Assembly (NCBI GenBank): GCA_963793305.1
Contig: CAWBZV010000005.1
Coordinates: forward strand, 128,001 to 192,000
Length of the DNA: 64,000 nucleotides
Direction of reading: 5' to 3'
Source of the DNA: an uncultured Gemmatimonadales bacterium
Lineage (GTDB): Bacteria > Gemmatimonadota > Gemmatimonadetes > Gemmatimonadales > Gemmatimonadaceae
Position numbers and translations under genes: made by a program. A model generated the notes under the pieces. That model was not told the origin of the DNA and did no database searches. It was given only the letters and a program-made list of their open reading frames with translations. Of this stretch, positions 49,249-60,317 are shown one piece after another; positions within the stretch are counted from its first letter, which is position 1; every line of letters begins with the position of its first letter.

Positions 49249-49365
49249 CAAAATGGGCGTCCTGCAAGTGCGGCGCCCCCATGGGGCGTATCGCGTTCAT
49301 TTGTTTCGCACTTTGCGCCCCGCCCCTGTGGATCAATCGCTCGCCCTTATCCCGAGTGGACACTC

Positions 49366-51189
49366 GTGCCGGCCCCGGTAACGGCCGCCGGACCTTCCGG
49401 CATCGGCGAAGCCCTGCTGCGCGAAGGCCTGATCACCAAGGATCAGCTGGCCGCGGCCATCCGGGAGCAGAAGCAAAACGGCACGTCGATCGGCTATAGC
49501 CTGGTCAAGCTCGGCCACATACCCGAGCTCGAGGTGGTCAAGGTCCTGGCCCGCCAGCACCGGATGCCGGCGGTCGATCTGTCCAAGTTCGAGGTCGACC
49601 CGAAGATCGCCAAGCTGATCCCGTCGGAACTGGCCACGAAGAATCAGGTCCTGCCCCTCAAGCGAGATGGCCGGACGCTGACCGTCGCGGTCGCCGATCC
49701 GACGAACATGGGGGTCATCGATGACCTCAAGTTCATCACCCGCTACGACATCTCGCCGGTCATCGCCGGCGAGTTCACGCTGCGCAACACGATCGAGAAG
49801 TTCTACGAGTCGTCGGACGCCGCGATGCAAACGCTGCTCGACGACATCGCGTCCGAAGGCGAAGGCGACGTCGAAGTCGTCGAAGAGAAGGACGACGACG
49901 ACAAGGGTGGGATGGCGCTCGACGATGCGCCGGTCGTCAAGCTCGTCAACGCCATTCTGACCGACGCCGTCAAGCGCGGCGCCTCGGATATCCACTTCGA
50001 GTGCTTCGAGCACGAGCTGCGCGTGCGCTATCGCATCGACGGCGCGCTGCTCGAAGTCATGAAACCCCCCATGAAGATGCGCGCCGCACTGATCTCGCGA
50101 TTCAAGATCATGGCGGCGCTGAACATCGCCGAGCGTCGCGTGCCGCAGGACGGCCGTATCAAGCTGAAGCTCGGCAAGAAAGTGATCGACTATCGCGTCT
50201 CGACACTCCCGACGCTGTTCGGCGAAAAAGTGGTCCTCCGAATTCTCGACAAGGGCAACCTGACGTTCGACCTCGAGAAATTCGGCCTCGAACCGCGCGC
50301 CGAACGCGAGTTGATGGAGGCGATCTCCAACCCGTACGGCATGTGCCTCGTCACGGGCCCGACGGGTTCCGGCAAGACGACGACGCTCTACTCGGCCCTC
50401 TCGAAGGTCAACAACATCAACGTCAACATCATGACGGCCGAGGATCCGGTCGAGTACAACCTGTTCGGCATCAATCAGGTGCTCGTCCGCAACGAAATCG
50501 GGATGACGTTCGCGGCCGCCCTGAAAGCGTTCTTGCGGCAAGATCCGAACATCATCATGGTCGGTGAGATTCGTGATCTGGAGACCGGTGGTATCGCCAT
50601 CAAGGCCGCGTTGACCGGACACCTCGTGATGTCGACGCTGCACACGAACTCGGCCCCGGAGACGGTGACGCGTCTGTTGGACATGGGCCTCGAGCCCTTC
50701 AACGTCTCCAGCGCCCTCAATCTCGTCCTGGCCCAGCGACTCGTGCGCCGCGTCTGCAACTCGTGCAAGACGAAGTACGATCCCGAGGACGCCGAGCTCG
50801 CGGGCGCCAAGGTCAAACGCACGACGACGCTCCGCGAGTTGCGGTTCACGTCCGAAGCCCTATCCGACGCCAAGATGCGGGCGACGAAAGATGCGGCGCC
50901 CTTTCTCGAGAACCTGTCGCTCGACACGCAGATCGGGGAACTGCCCTTCTTCAAGGGCAGCGGCTGCGATGCCTGCAACGGCACGGGCCTCAAGGGACGC
51001 CAGGGAGTCTACGAGGTGCTCATGATGACCCCGAATCTCCGCAAGCTGATCCTCCAAAACGTCGGAGCGGCCGAGCTCAGAGACGCCGCGGTCGAGGAAG
51101 GGATGCTCACCCTCCGAATGGACGGGTGGCTCAAGATCCTCAAGGGGATCACTACCATGGAACAGATCGTCCGGGAGACGAGCGCATGA
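49366..51189 (+). CDS. pilB: Type IV pilus assembly ATPase PilB
   Basis: MshEN-like N-terminus, ASDIH, PQDGR, GPTGSGKTT, LRQDP, STLHTN, two CxxC. Confidence 0.95.
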   Translation: MPAPVTAAGPSGIGEALLREGLITKDQLAAAIREQKQNGTSIGYSLVKLGHIPELEVVKVLARQHRMPAVDLSKFEVDPKIAKLIPSELATKNQVLPLKRDGRTLTVAVADPTNMGVIDDLKFITRYDISPVIAGEFTLRNTIEKFYESSDAAMQTLLDDIASEGEGDVEVVEEKDDDDKGGMALDDAPVVKLVNAILTDAVKRGASDIHFECFEHELRVRYRIDGALLEVMKPPMKMRAALISRFKIMAALNIAERRVPQDGRIKLKLGKKVIDYRVSTLPTLFGEKVVLRILDKGNLTFDLEKFGLEPRAERELMEAISNPYGMCLVTGPTGSGKTTTLYSALSKVNNINVNIMTAEDPVEYNLFGINQVLVRNEIGMTFAAALKAFLRQDPNIIMVGEIRDLETGGIAIKAALTGHLVMSTLHTNSAPETVTRLLDMGLEPFNVSSALNLVLAQRLVRRVCNSCKTKYDPEDAELAGAKVKRTTTLRELRFTSEALSDAKMRATKDAAPFLENLSLDTQIGELPFFKGSGCDACNGTGLKGRQGVYEVLMMTPNLRKLILQNVGAAELRDAAVEEGMLTLRMDGWLKILKGITTMEQIVRETSA

Positions 51190-52367
51190 GCGGTACAGCC
51201 GCACCAGCCGCAACGACCGCCGCACCGCCAGGCGGCGGCGTCAACCTGCGCGCCCTACTCGAGGAGATGATCGAGCGCGACGCGTCAGACCTCCACATCA
51301 CCGCCGGTGAGCGACCCAAGCTGCGCATCGACGGCGAGATCACCAACTCGCGCAACGAGTACGTGATGTCGCCGAAAGACACGCTGACGCTCGCCTACTC
51401 GGTGTTGACGGAAAATCAGAAAAAACGCTTCGAACAAGAAGATGAGCTGGACTTCTCGTTCGGTATCCAGAACCTCGCTCGTTTCCGTGGCAATTGCTTC
51501 AAGCAGCGCGGCTGCGTATCGATGGCGATCCGGCAGATCCCGTTCTCGATCAAGACGTTCCAGGATCTGGGATTACCAGCCGTCATCGCCAAGATGGCCG
51601 AGAAGCCCCGCGGTCTCGTGCTCGTCACAGGTCCCACGGGGTCGGGCAAATCGACGACCCTCGCGGCGATGATCGACAAGATCAACCGCGAGCGCCGTGG
51701 CCACATCATCACGGTCGAAGACCCGATCGAGTTTATCCACCGCCATCAAAACTGCATCGTCAATCAGCGCGAAATCGGCACGGACACGAAGTCGTTCCAG
51801 ATGGCGCTCAAGTACGCGTTGCGCGAAGACCCCGACGTGATTCTGGTCGGCGAGATGCGCGACCTGGACACGATCCAGGCCGCGCTCACCATTGCCGAAA
51901 CGGGCCACTTGGCATTCGCCACGCTGCACACGAACTCCGCGGCCGAGGCGATCAATCGTATGATCAACGTCTTCCCGGCGCACCAGCAGTCACAGGTCCG
52001 CGCGCAGCTGGCGTTCGTGCTCGAAGGCATCATCACGCAGACGCTCCTCGCCAAGGCGAAGGGGCGGGGCAGAGCCATGGCCGCCGAGATCCTGGTGGTC
52101 ACGCCCGCGATCCGCGCGCTCATCCGCGACGACAAGATCCACCAGATCTATTCGTCGATGCAGTCGGGCAAGAAATTCGGCATGCAGACGCTGAACAATG
52201 CCCTGTATGCCTTGTACATGTCACGCGAAGTCTCGACGGACGAGTGCCTCCGCGTGTCCAGCGACCCGAACGAGTTCTTGCGCATGATCGGACAGCCGCC
52301 GCTCGACGAGGCTGGCGATGCAACGAAGGCGACTAACGGGAAACCCGCAGCAACCGGTCGCCGGTAA
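51186..52367 (+). CDS. pilT: Type IV pilus retraction ATPase PilT
   Basis: SDLH, GPTGSGKST, EDPIEF, LREDPD, AETGHL, AIRALIR, GMQT. Confidence 0.95.
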   Translation: MSGTAAPAATTAAPPGGGVNLRALLEEMIERDASDLHITAGERPKLRIDGEITNSRNEYVMSPKDTLTLAYSVLTENQKKRFEQEDELDFSFGIQNLARFRGNCFKQRGCVSMAIRQIPFSIKTFQDLGLPAVIAKMAEKPRGLVLVTGPTGSGKSTTLAAMIDKINRERRGHIITVEDPIEFIHRHQNCIVNQREIGTDTKSFQMALKYALREDPDVILVGEMRDLDTIQAALTIAETGHLAFATLHTNSAAEAINRMINVFPAHQQSQVRAQLAFVLEGIITQTLLAKAKGRGRAMAAEILVVTPAIRALIRDDKIHQIYSSMQSGKKFGMQTLNNALYALYMSREVSTDECLRVSSDPNEFLRMIGQPPLDEAGDATKATNGKPAATGRR

Positions 52368-52392
52368 GACCCCTTTTTCCAGGATTTGAACC

Positions 52393-53595
52393 ATGCCGCA
52401 GTTCACCTACACGGCGCGAGCGGTCAACGGCGAGTTGAAGACGGCGACCATCGACGCCGCGACGCGCGAAGATGTCGTCGCCCAACTGCGCCGCCAGCGG
52501 CTCACGGTCGTCAAGGTCGACGACGCGGGCGACCAGAAGAAGAAGCCGAGCGGTGGCGGGATCAAGATGCGAGACATCGTCATCTTCACCCGCCAGTTCT
52601 CGACGATGATCAACTCCGGTCTGCCGCTGGTGCAGGCGCTGGACATTCTCGCCAAGCAGAGCGAGAACAAACAGCTCCAGGCCGTCACCCGGGCCGTCGT
52701 GTTCGACGTCGAATCCGGCCATACCGTCGCCGACGCACTCCGCAAGCACCCGAAAGCGTTCAGCGACCTGTATGTGAACATGGTCGCGGCCGGTGAGGCG
52801 GGCGGTATTCTCGACACGATCTTGATGCGCCTCGCGACCTTCATGGAAAAGAACGACAACCTGGTCCGCAAGGTCAAAGGCGCGATGATCTACCCCGGCG
52901 TCATCATGTCGGTCGCCGCCATCGCCATCTCGATCCTGCTGATCTTCGTCATTCCGGTGTTCGAGAGCATGTTCGGCCAGGTCGGTCTCGCCCTGCCGCT
53001 GCCGACGCGTATCGTGATCGGTCTCTCGGCCTTCCTCCGTGGCATGGGTGGCATATTCGTGGTCGCGGGCGCCATCGGCGGGGGCTTCTTGATCAAGCAG
53101 TACTACGCGACGCCGAACGGCAAGCTGCAGATCGACAAGCTGATGCTCGGCTTCCCGGTCCTCGGCGACGTGCTCCGCAAGTCGGCCGTGTCCCGATTCA
53201 CCCGCACGCTCGGCACGCTGATCAGCTCCGGCGTCAGCATCCTCGATGGGTTGGAGATCACGGCCAAGACGGCCGGTAACCGCGTCATTCAAGACGCGAT
53301 CATGGCTTCCCGCACCTCGATCGCTGGCGGTGACACGATCTCTGCTCCGCTCGCCAAGTCCGCCGTGTTCCCGCCCATGGTGATCTCGATGATCGCCGTC
53401 GGCGAGTCGACCGGTGGTCTCGACGAAATGCTCTCCAAGATCGCCGACTTCTACGATGAAGAAGTCGACGCGGCCGTCTCGGGCTTGCTCTCGCTGCTCG
53501 AGCCGGTCATGATCGTGTTCCTCGGCGTGGTCGTCGGCGGCATGGTCGTCGCCATGTACCTGCCGATCTTCGACATGATCAACGCGGTGCAGTAA
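52393..53595 (+). CDS. pilC: Type IV pilus platform protein PilC (GspF family)
   Basis: FTRQFSTMI.SG, AGE.GG.LD, GAMIYP, GE.TG.LD.ML, MYLPIF. Confidence 0.95.
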   Translation: MPQFTYTARAVNGELKTATIDAATREDVVAQLRRQRLTVVKVDDAGDQKKKPSGGGIKMRDIVIFTRQFSTMINSGLPLVQALDILAKQSENKQLQAVTRAVVFDVESGHTVADALRKHPKAFSDLYVNMVAAGEAGGILDTILMRLATFMEKNDNLVRKVKGAMIYPGVIMSVAAIAISILLIFVIPVFESMFGQVGLALPLPTRIVIGLSAFLRGMGGIFVVAGAIGGGFLIKQYYATPNGKLQIDKLMLGFPVLGDVLRKSAVSRFTRTLGTLISSGVSILDGLEITAKTAGNRVIQDAIMASRTSIAGGDTISAPLAKSAVFPPMVISMIAVGESTGGLDEMLSKIADFYDEEVDAAVSGLLSLLEPVMIVFLGVVVGGMVVAMYLPIFDMINAVQ

Positions 53596-53628
53596 CCTCG
53601 CGGTAGTCGAAGTCGCCGGCCCGCCTCC

Positions 53629-54750
53629 GTGAACGAGCGATACATCCCGACGCTCGACGGATGGCGGGCCGTCGCCATCCTGCTCGTCATTGGTGACCAC
53701 CTTTTCGCTTCCGCCGTAGGCTCGCCATCGGGTCGCACGACGCTTCCCGGGCAACTCGGCGTCAATATTTTCTTCGGCCTGAGCGGGTTTCTCATCACCT
53801 CCCGCTTGTTGGCCGAGCAGCCGATTTCCCTCGGCCGGTTCTACATCCGGCGGGCCTTTCGGATCCTCCCGCCGGCGCTGGCATATCTCGCTGTCCTCGG
53901 CACGCTCGGATCACTCGGGCTCATCCCGCTCTATCCGCGCGAGCTGCTGGCCGCCGCATGCTTCTTTCGCAACTACTTGCCACCGAATCTGCCGCTCGGC
54001 GGCGGATTCTATACGTGGCACTTTTGGTCGCTGGCCATCGAAGAGCACTTCTATCTTTTCTGGCCGCCATTACTCAAGCGCGTCCGCGGCTCAGCGCTCG
54101 TTGTGTCTATTGGCGTGGCCATCGCCGGAGCAGCGTGGCGGATGATCGAGTTGTTGCGCGAGGGGCACCTCTATGGCCACACGCTCGTCGGGTTCCCCTG
54201 GCGAACCGACATTCGTATCGATGCGCTCATGTGCGGCGCGGCAGTCGCGATTGCGTATGCGAACCCGCGGGGCCGGGCGTGGCTCTCGAACCGGTTCGGA
54301 TGGGTACTCGCGGCCGTATTGTACGGGCTCGTCGTCGCGCGATACGGCGTACGGCCGACGATTTGGCAATCGGCGTTGATCCCAATGCTCATCGCCGGCA
54401 CCGTCGCTCGGCCGAGGGACCCGGTTGGCCGAGTCCTCGACGCGGCACCGATCAGATGGCTTGGCCGGCTTTCGTACAGCCTGTACTTGTGGCAACAACT
54501 CTGGTTGCCGCCGAGCTGGTTCCCCCACACGCTCGGCGTCGCGCAGACGTGGCCGCTGAATGTCCTGTGCGTCCTCGCCTGCGCGACCGCCAGCTATTAC
54601 CTCATTGAGCGCCCGTCAATCCGGCTCGGTCAGCGGCTGGCACGAGCATACGAGGTTCCGGTCACCGTAGGCGCCATCGACGCGCCCGACCGTCGGCCAG
54701 AACTTGTGATCGCGCGTCCAAGCGGCGGGATACGCGGCACGCTGCCGTGA
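53629..54750 (+). CDS. Acyltransferase family 3 (OafA-like)
   Basis: [55 protein letters not shown]. Confidence 0.92.
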   Translation: MNERYIPTLDGWRAVAILLVIGDHLFASAVGSPSGRTTLPGQLGVNIFFGLSGFLITSRLLAEQPISLGRFYIRRAFRILPPALAYLAVLGTLGSLGLIPLYPRELLAAACFFRNYLPPNLPLGGGFYTWHFWSLAIEEHFYLFWPPLLKRVRGSALVVSIGVAIAGAAWRMIELLREGHLYGHTLVGFPWRTDIRIDALMCGAAVAIAYANPRGRAWLSNRFGWVLAAVLYGLVVARYGVRPTIWQSALIPMLIAGTVARPRDPVGRVLDAAPIRWLGRLSYSLYLWQQLWLPPSWFPHTLGVAQTWPLNVLCVLACATASYYLIERPSIRLGQRLARAYEVPVTVGAIDAPDRRPELVIARPSGGIRGTLP

Positions 54751-57473
54751 GTACGGCCGGTTCCACACATCGGCGGTAATCACCGCCGCGGTGTGCGGCG
54801 CCCGCTTGAGCACATTGTCATTCCGATCGGCCGTGCCCGCCTCGATCTCGCGGATCTCTTCGCGGATCGCCAGCATCGCGTCGCAGAACCGATCGAGCTC
54901 CTCGCGCGACTCGCTCTCCGTCGGCTCGATCATGAGCGTGCCGGCCACGGGGAACGACACGGTCGGTGCGTGGAAGCCGTAGTCCATGAGGCGCTTGGCG
55001 ATGTCCACGACATCCACGCCAGCCGACGCCTTGAACGCGCGCGGGTCGACGATGCACTCGTGTGCGACCAGCCCAGCCGCCCCCGTATAGAGCACCGGGA
55101 ACGCACCAGCCAGCCGGTGCGCGACATAGTTCGCGTTCAGTATCGCCACCTTCGTCGCCTTGGTCAGCCCGGCTCCGCCCATCATCGCGATATACGCGAA
55201 GGAAATCGGAAGGATGCCCGCGCTTCCGTACGGCGCCGCCGAGACGGCGCCAATGCGCTCCGGCAAGAACGGCGCGAGCTCACTGGTGACGCCGATCGGC
55301 CCGACGCCCGGTCCACCGCCACCATGCGGGATGCAGAACGTCTTGTGCAAGTTGAGATGGCACACATCGGCGCCAATGTCCCCCGGCCGCGCCAGCCCAA
55401 CCATGGCGTTCATGTTCGCGCCATCCATGTACACCCTGCCGCCGGCCGCGTGCACGAGATCGCAAATTTCTTTGATGCGCGTCTCGAACACCCCATGCGT
55501 CGAGGGATACGTAATCATGAGGGCAGCAATGTGTTCCCTATGCTGTTCGATTTTTGCCTGCAGATCCGCCACATCGACGTTCCCGTGCGCGTCGGTCGCG
55601 ACCACGACCACGGGCATATCGGCCATAGCAGCCGACGCGGGATTGGTCCCATGAGCCGATTGGGGTATCAAGCAGAATGTTGCGCTTGGTGTCGCCCCGT
55701 GCCGCGTGGAAGCCCTTGATCACGAGCAACCCGGCGTACTCGCCCTGCGATCCAGCGTTGGGCTGCACGGAAACCGCGTCGAACCCCGTGATCGTGGCTA
55801 GCGCGCTCGATAACCGCCCGATAAGCTCGGCGTACCCGGCCGCCTGCTCGGGTGGCGCGAACGGATGCATCTCCGCAAATCCCGGCCACGAAATGGGCAG
55901 CATCTCAGCCGTGGCATTGAGCTTCATCGTGCACGACCCCAGCGGGATCATCAATGTCGTGAGCGACAAATCGCGCGTCACGAGCCGGTGGAGATATCGC
56001 ACCATGTCGCTCTCCGACCGGTGCGTGTTGAACGCGGGATGCGTGAGAAACGGCGTCGCGCGCGCAAACCGCTCGTCATACCGCGCATCGACCGTCTCCA
56101 ACAGCAACTCGGCCCCAACCGGCGCCGCCGGCCCGCCATTCAGCGCCGCCAGGATGTCGTCGACATCAGCCGGCGTCGTCAGCTCGTCGAGCGTCACCCC
56201 GAGACTCCCGTCCTCGTACACGCGCAAATTCATGCGGCGCGCCGCGGCCGCCGCCGTCACGGCCGGCAACGTCCGACCTGCCGGCGTCACCCGAATCGTG
56301 TCGAAGAAGATGTCGTGCTCCACCGTGAGCCCCAGTCTCCGCGCACCCTCCGCCAGCGCCTCGGTCAGCCAATGCACCCGCGTGGCGATCCGCGTCAGAC
56401 CCTCCGGGCCATGCCACACGGCGTACATGCCAGCCATCACCGCCAGCAACACCTGCGCGGTGCACACATTGCTGGTCGCGCGCTCGCGCTTGATGTGCTG
56501 CTCGCGCATCTGCAGGGCCATGCGCAGGGCAGGGTTGCCGTCCGCGTCATGGCTCAAGCCGATGATGCGGCCGGGGATGAGACGCTTGAACTCCTCGCGC
56601 GTGGCGAAGTACGCGGCATGGGGTCCGCCGTACGCCATGGGCACGCCAAACCGTTGGGTGCTCCCCACGGCAATGTCGGCACCCCACTCGCCCGGAGGCG
56701 CGAGCAGCGTCAGGCTGAGCGGATCGGCGGCGACCACCAGCAGCGCACCAGCCCGATCCGCCGCCGCACGCAACTCCCGGTAGTCGTAGACAATACCATC
56801 AGTCGCCGGATACTGAACCAGCACACCGAAACAGCGATCCGGCAGCTTCTCGCGATGATCCCCAATGATGATCCGAATGCCGCGAGCCCGCGCGCGGGTC
56901 GACACGACAGCGATCGTCTGCGGATGGCATGTGTCCGAGACAAAAAAAGTATCTTTGTGGCCGTCATTGCTGCGCGCCGCTTGAGCCAGCGACATCGCTT
57001 CGGCCGCGGCGGTGGCTTCGTCCAACAGCGACGCGTTCGCCACCGGAAGACCGGTGAGATCGATAATCATCGTCTGGAAAATCAGCAGCGCTTCCAGAAC
57101 GTCCTTGCGCGACTTCGGCCTGGTATGGCGTGTACGCCGTATACCAGTTGGGGTTTTCGAGAATATTCCGCCGGATAACGGGCGGCAGGATGCACCCGTG
57201 ATAGCCCTGTCCGAGGAATGACCGCCAGACCTGATTCTGCCCAGCGATGCGCGCCAACTGGGCCAGCGCCTCGGCCTCGGTCTCGGCCTCTCCGATCGCC
57301 AGCGGTCGCCGTGAGCGAATGCTCTCGGGGATGACCGCGTCGATAAATGCATCGAGAGATTTATAGCCCAGCGCGGCTACCATGGCGCGGATGTCATCAT
57401 CGCGCGGACCAATGTGCCGCGAGGCGAACTGGTCGGACTCGGCCGGCATCGCCGGCGCAGTGGTTATCGTCAC
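54616..57473 (-). CDS. gcvP: Glycine dehydrogenase (single-chain P protein), two apparent frameshifts near 55676 and 57098
   Basis: [58 protein letters not shown]. Confidence 0.96.
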
Positions 57474-58579
57474 GAGGGTTTGCGTTTCGGGGGATGAGAC
57501 GTGCGATAAAAGGGCAGACTGACCGTGGTCGCCGGCACTCGCCGACCACGAATGTCGATCTCGATCGTTGTACCGGCTTTTGCCTGGGCCGTAGGCAGAT
57601 ACGTGGTGCCGATCCCATACCCCAGCGTCGGGCTCATGATGCCACTGCGGACGCAGTCGACGGTCTGGCCGTCGCTCAGCACCGAATACCCGTGGCGCGG
57701 CACGGCGCGCTCGTCAATGCGAAACCCGACGAGCTTCCGAGCCGCCCCCTGCGCTTTCTGGGCGACCAGCACGTCCTTCCCGAGAAACCGGGGCTTGTCG
57801 AGCTTCGCCGTCCAGGCCAACGACGCCTCGATCGGCGTCACGCTGTCATCGATATCATTGCCATACAACATGAGACCGGCCTCGAGTCGCAGCGAGTCGC
57901 GCGCTCCGAGGCCGGCGGGTACCGCGCCGTCGATCGCGAGCAGCGCATCCCACACGGTCGTCGCATGCGCGGCGTCGAAATAGAGCTCGACGCCATCCTC
58001 GCCCGTATATCCCGTGCGCGAAACCAGCGCATGCACGCCAGCCACCACGGCGTGCGTGAAGTGATAGTACAGCACGTCGTCGAGCGACGTCGGCGTCATC
58101 GCGCGCATCACGGCCCCCGACGCTGGCCCCTGTACGGCGATGAGCGCGGTCTGATCCGAGATGTCCTCGATCGCGCAGTCGAATGATCCGACGTAGCGCC
58201 GCATGTGCTCGACGTCTTTGTCGCGATTCGAGGCGTTGACCACGACCATGACGCGATCGGCGAGCCGATACACGAGGCAGTCGTCGACGATGGTGCCGTT
58301 CTCGTTCAGGATGGTCGAGTACTGCACCTGGTTGACCGCCAATCGTCCCGCGTCGTTCGATGTGATGAAATCGACGAACGCGACCGCATCGGGGCCGGTC
58401 ACCATGACTTCGCCCATGTGGCTGACGTTGAATACCCCACACCGTCCGCGTACCGCGTGGTGCTCCGCGGTCATCCCTGGCGGATACGCCAGTGGCATTT
58501 CATACCCCGCGAACGGGACCATCTTTGCGCCGAGCGCGACGTGTCGCTCGTAGAGCGCCGTATGTCTAAGTGTTGTCAC
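57470..58579 (-). CDS. gcvT: Glycine cleavage system aminomethyltransferase
   Basis: FAGYEMP, VSHMG, SRTGYTGEDG.E, GLGARD.LRLEAG, SPTL, PFY. Confidence 0.96.
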   Translation of the reverse strand: MTTLRHTALYERHVALGAKMVPFAGYEMPLAYPPGMTAEHHAVRGRCGVFNVSHMGEVMVTGPDAVAFVDFITSNDAGRLAVNQVQYSTILNENGTIVDDCLVYRLADRVMVVVNASNRDKDVEHMRRYVGSFDCAIEDISDQTALIAVQGPASGAVMRAMTPTSLDDVLYYHFTHAVVAGVHALVSRTGYTGEDGVELYFDAAHATTVWDALLAIDGAVPAGLGARDSLRLEAGLMLYGNDIDDSVTPIEASLAWTAKLDKPRFLGKDVLVAQKAQGAARKLVGFRIDERAVPRHGYSVLSDGQTVDCVRSGIMSPTLGYGIGTTYLPTAQAKAGTTIEIDIRGRRVPATTVSLPFYRTSHPPKRKPS

Positions 58580-58619
58580 ACGTGACAAAGATGCCGCCAT
58601 TGACACCTTCGATCAACGA

Positions 58620-59006
58620 TCACGAGCGACGCCCACGCCAATCGTCGAGGAGACGCCGGTCCTTTTTGGTCGGACGGCCTTCGCGCTCGTAAGTGGGAAC
58701 GGGCGCTGTCCGCATCTGCGCCGCCAGCGCCTTACGCGCCGCGATGCTCTCCGGAAGCTCCTCATAGAGCTTGGCAGCCTCAACCGCCGGCCCGCGGCGC
58801 TCCGACAAGGCTTTGACGACGAGAATGACCTCGAATGGCGGTTGCCGGACGCGCACGCGGTCGCCGACACCTAACGCTTTGGCCGGCTTGGCTTTATCGC
58901 CGTTGACCTCGACGCGCCCATTTTCGATTGCCGCAATGGCCAGGCTGCGCGTCTTATACCACCGCGCAGCCCATAACCATTTGTCGAGCCTGGTCTTGTC
59001 ACTCAT
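58620..59006 (-). CDS. hslR: S4-domain ribosome-associated heat shock protein Hsp15
   Basis: RLDKWLWAAR.YKTRSLA, RRGPA..A..LY, GRPTKKDRR. Confidence 0.93.
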   Translation of the reverse strand: MSDKTRLDKWLWAARWYKTRSLAIAAIENGRVEVNGDKAKPAKALGVGDRVRVRQPPFEVILVVKALSERRGPAVEAAKLYEELPESIAARKALAAQMRTAPVPTYEREGRPTKKDRRLLDDWRGRRS

Positions 59007-59030
59007 TGTCGCTAATATATACAGATTGCG

Positions 59031-60317
59031 ATGACCGTTACTGCTTCTCAGCCTTCTATAGAGCACACGCTCTTTCCCTCGGCAAATCGTACGGCGGCGT
59101 TCCGGCTCGATCTCGGGCGTACCGAGCTTCCGAGCCACCGTCTCCGCCCTAAGGCCGAGGTCGGTGTTCTCGACATCACGAAGTGGTTCGGCGAGACCAG
59201 CGGTGGCGTCCGGACGTACCTGCTTGAAAAAGCGCGGTACGTCGAGGCCCACACCGACATTCGCCAGGTCCTCGTCATCCCCGGGGCACGCGACTCGATC
59301 ACACAAAGCACGGGTGTCCGCTGTTATCGCTTGCGCGGTCCTCGTGTGCCGACGCAGCGACCCTATCGCTTCATGCTGGCGACTCGGTCTATTCGTCGGA
59401 TCATCCACCACGAATCGCCGTCCATCATCGAAGTCGGGAGCTGCTTCCTGGTCCCCTGGATCACAGCCCACGCCGCCAAGAAGTCCGACGTCCCGCTCGT
59501 GTTCTTCTATCACAGCAATCTGCCGCGCAGCATCTGTGCGTTTCCGGAACGCTCCTCCCGTACCCGCCAGCGCGCCCACGCCTTGGCCTGGCGCTACATC
59601 CGCAAGCTCGACTCCTTGTTCGAGCTCACTATCTGTGCGTCCCGGTCCGCGGCCGACGACCTGCAATCGCACGGCGTGGATCGAGTAGAGCGCGTCCCAC
59701 TCGGCGTCGACCTGGATCACTTCAACCCATTCCGCCGCTACCAGTCGGAAGAGACGAGAGAGCGCCTTGGGCTGCCGCTCGACGCTCCGGTCGTCGCGTT
59801 CATTGGGCGGTTTGCGAGAGAGAAAGAAGTCGATGTGTTGATCCGCGCATGGCCGGAGATCGCCCGCCGGACGGACGCGCACCTGCTCATGGTCGGTGAC
59901 GGTCCCCAGCGCGAGCGTCTGCAAGGCCTGGCCGAAAGCCACGAGCGAGTCCTGTGGATGCCATACGAGCACGATCGCGAGCAACTCGCCAACCTTCTTG
60001 CCGCGGTCGATCTCTTCGTCGCCCCAGGCTCGATCGAGACGTTCGGCCTCTCGGCGCTCGAGGCGCTGGCGTCAGGCACTCCGGTGCTGTCGGCCGACCG
60101 AGGCGGAGTCTCCGAGCAGATCGAGGCGTCAGGCGCCGGCTCGACGTTCACCGCCGGCGACCCGGGTTCGCTGAGTGAGACCGCGATCGACCTGCTTGGC
60201 GCCGATCTCTTAGGGCTAGGGCGCCGCGGCCGCGCGTATGCAGAGCGCGAGCATTCCTGGGACGGCGTGTTCGATCGCATCTTCGATATCTATCGCCACG
60301 TCCTGGCCGCCGCCTGA
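59031..60317 (+). CDS. Glycosyltransferase family 4
   Basis: SGGVRTY, GRFAREK, GDGP, ETFGLSALEALASG. Confidence 0.9.
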   Translation: MTVTASQPSIEHTLFPSANRTAAFRLDLGRTELPSHRLRPKAEVGVLDITKWFGETSGGVRTYLLEKARYVEAHTDIRQVLVIPGARDSITQSTGVRCYRLRGPRVPTQRPYRFMLATRSIRRIIHHESPSIIEVGSCFLVPWITAHAAKKSDVPLVFFYHSNLPRSICAFPERSSRTRQRAHALAWRYIRKLDSLFELTICASRSAADDLQSHGVDRVERVPLGVDLDHFNPFRRYQSEETRERLGLPLDAPVVAFIGRFAREKEVDVLIRAWPEIARRTDAHLLMVGDGPQRERLQGLAESHERVLWMPYEHDREQLANLLAAVDLFVAPGSIETFGLSALEALASGTPVLSADRGGVSEQIEASGAGSTFTAGDPGSLSETAIDLLGADLLGLGRRGRAYAEREHSWDGVFDRIFDIYRHVLAAA

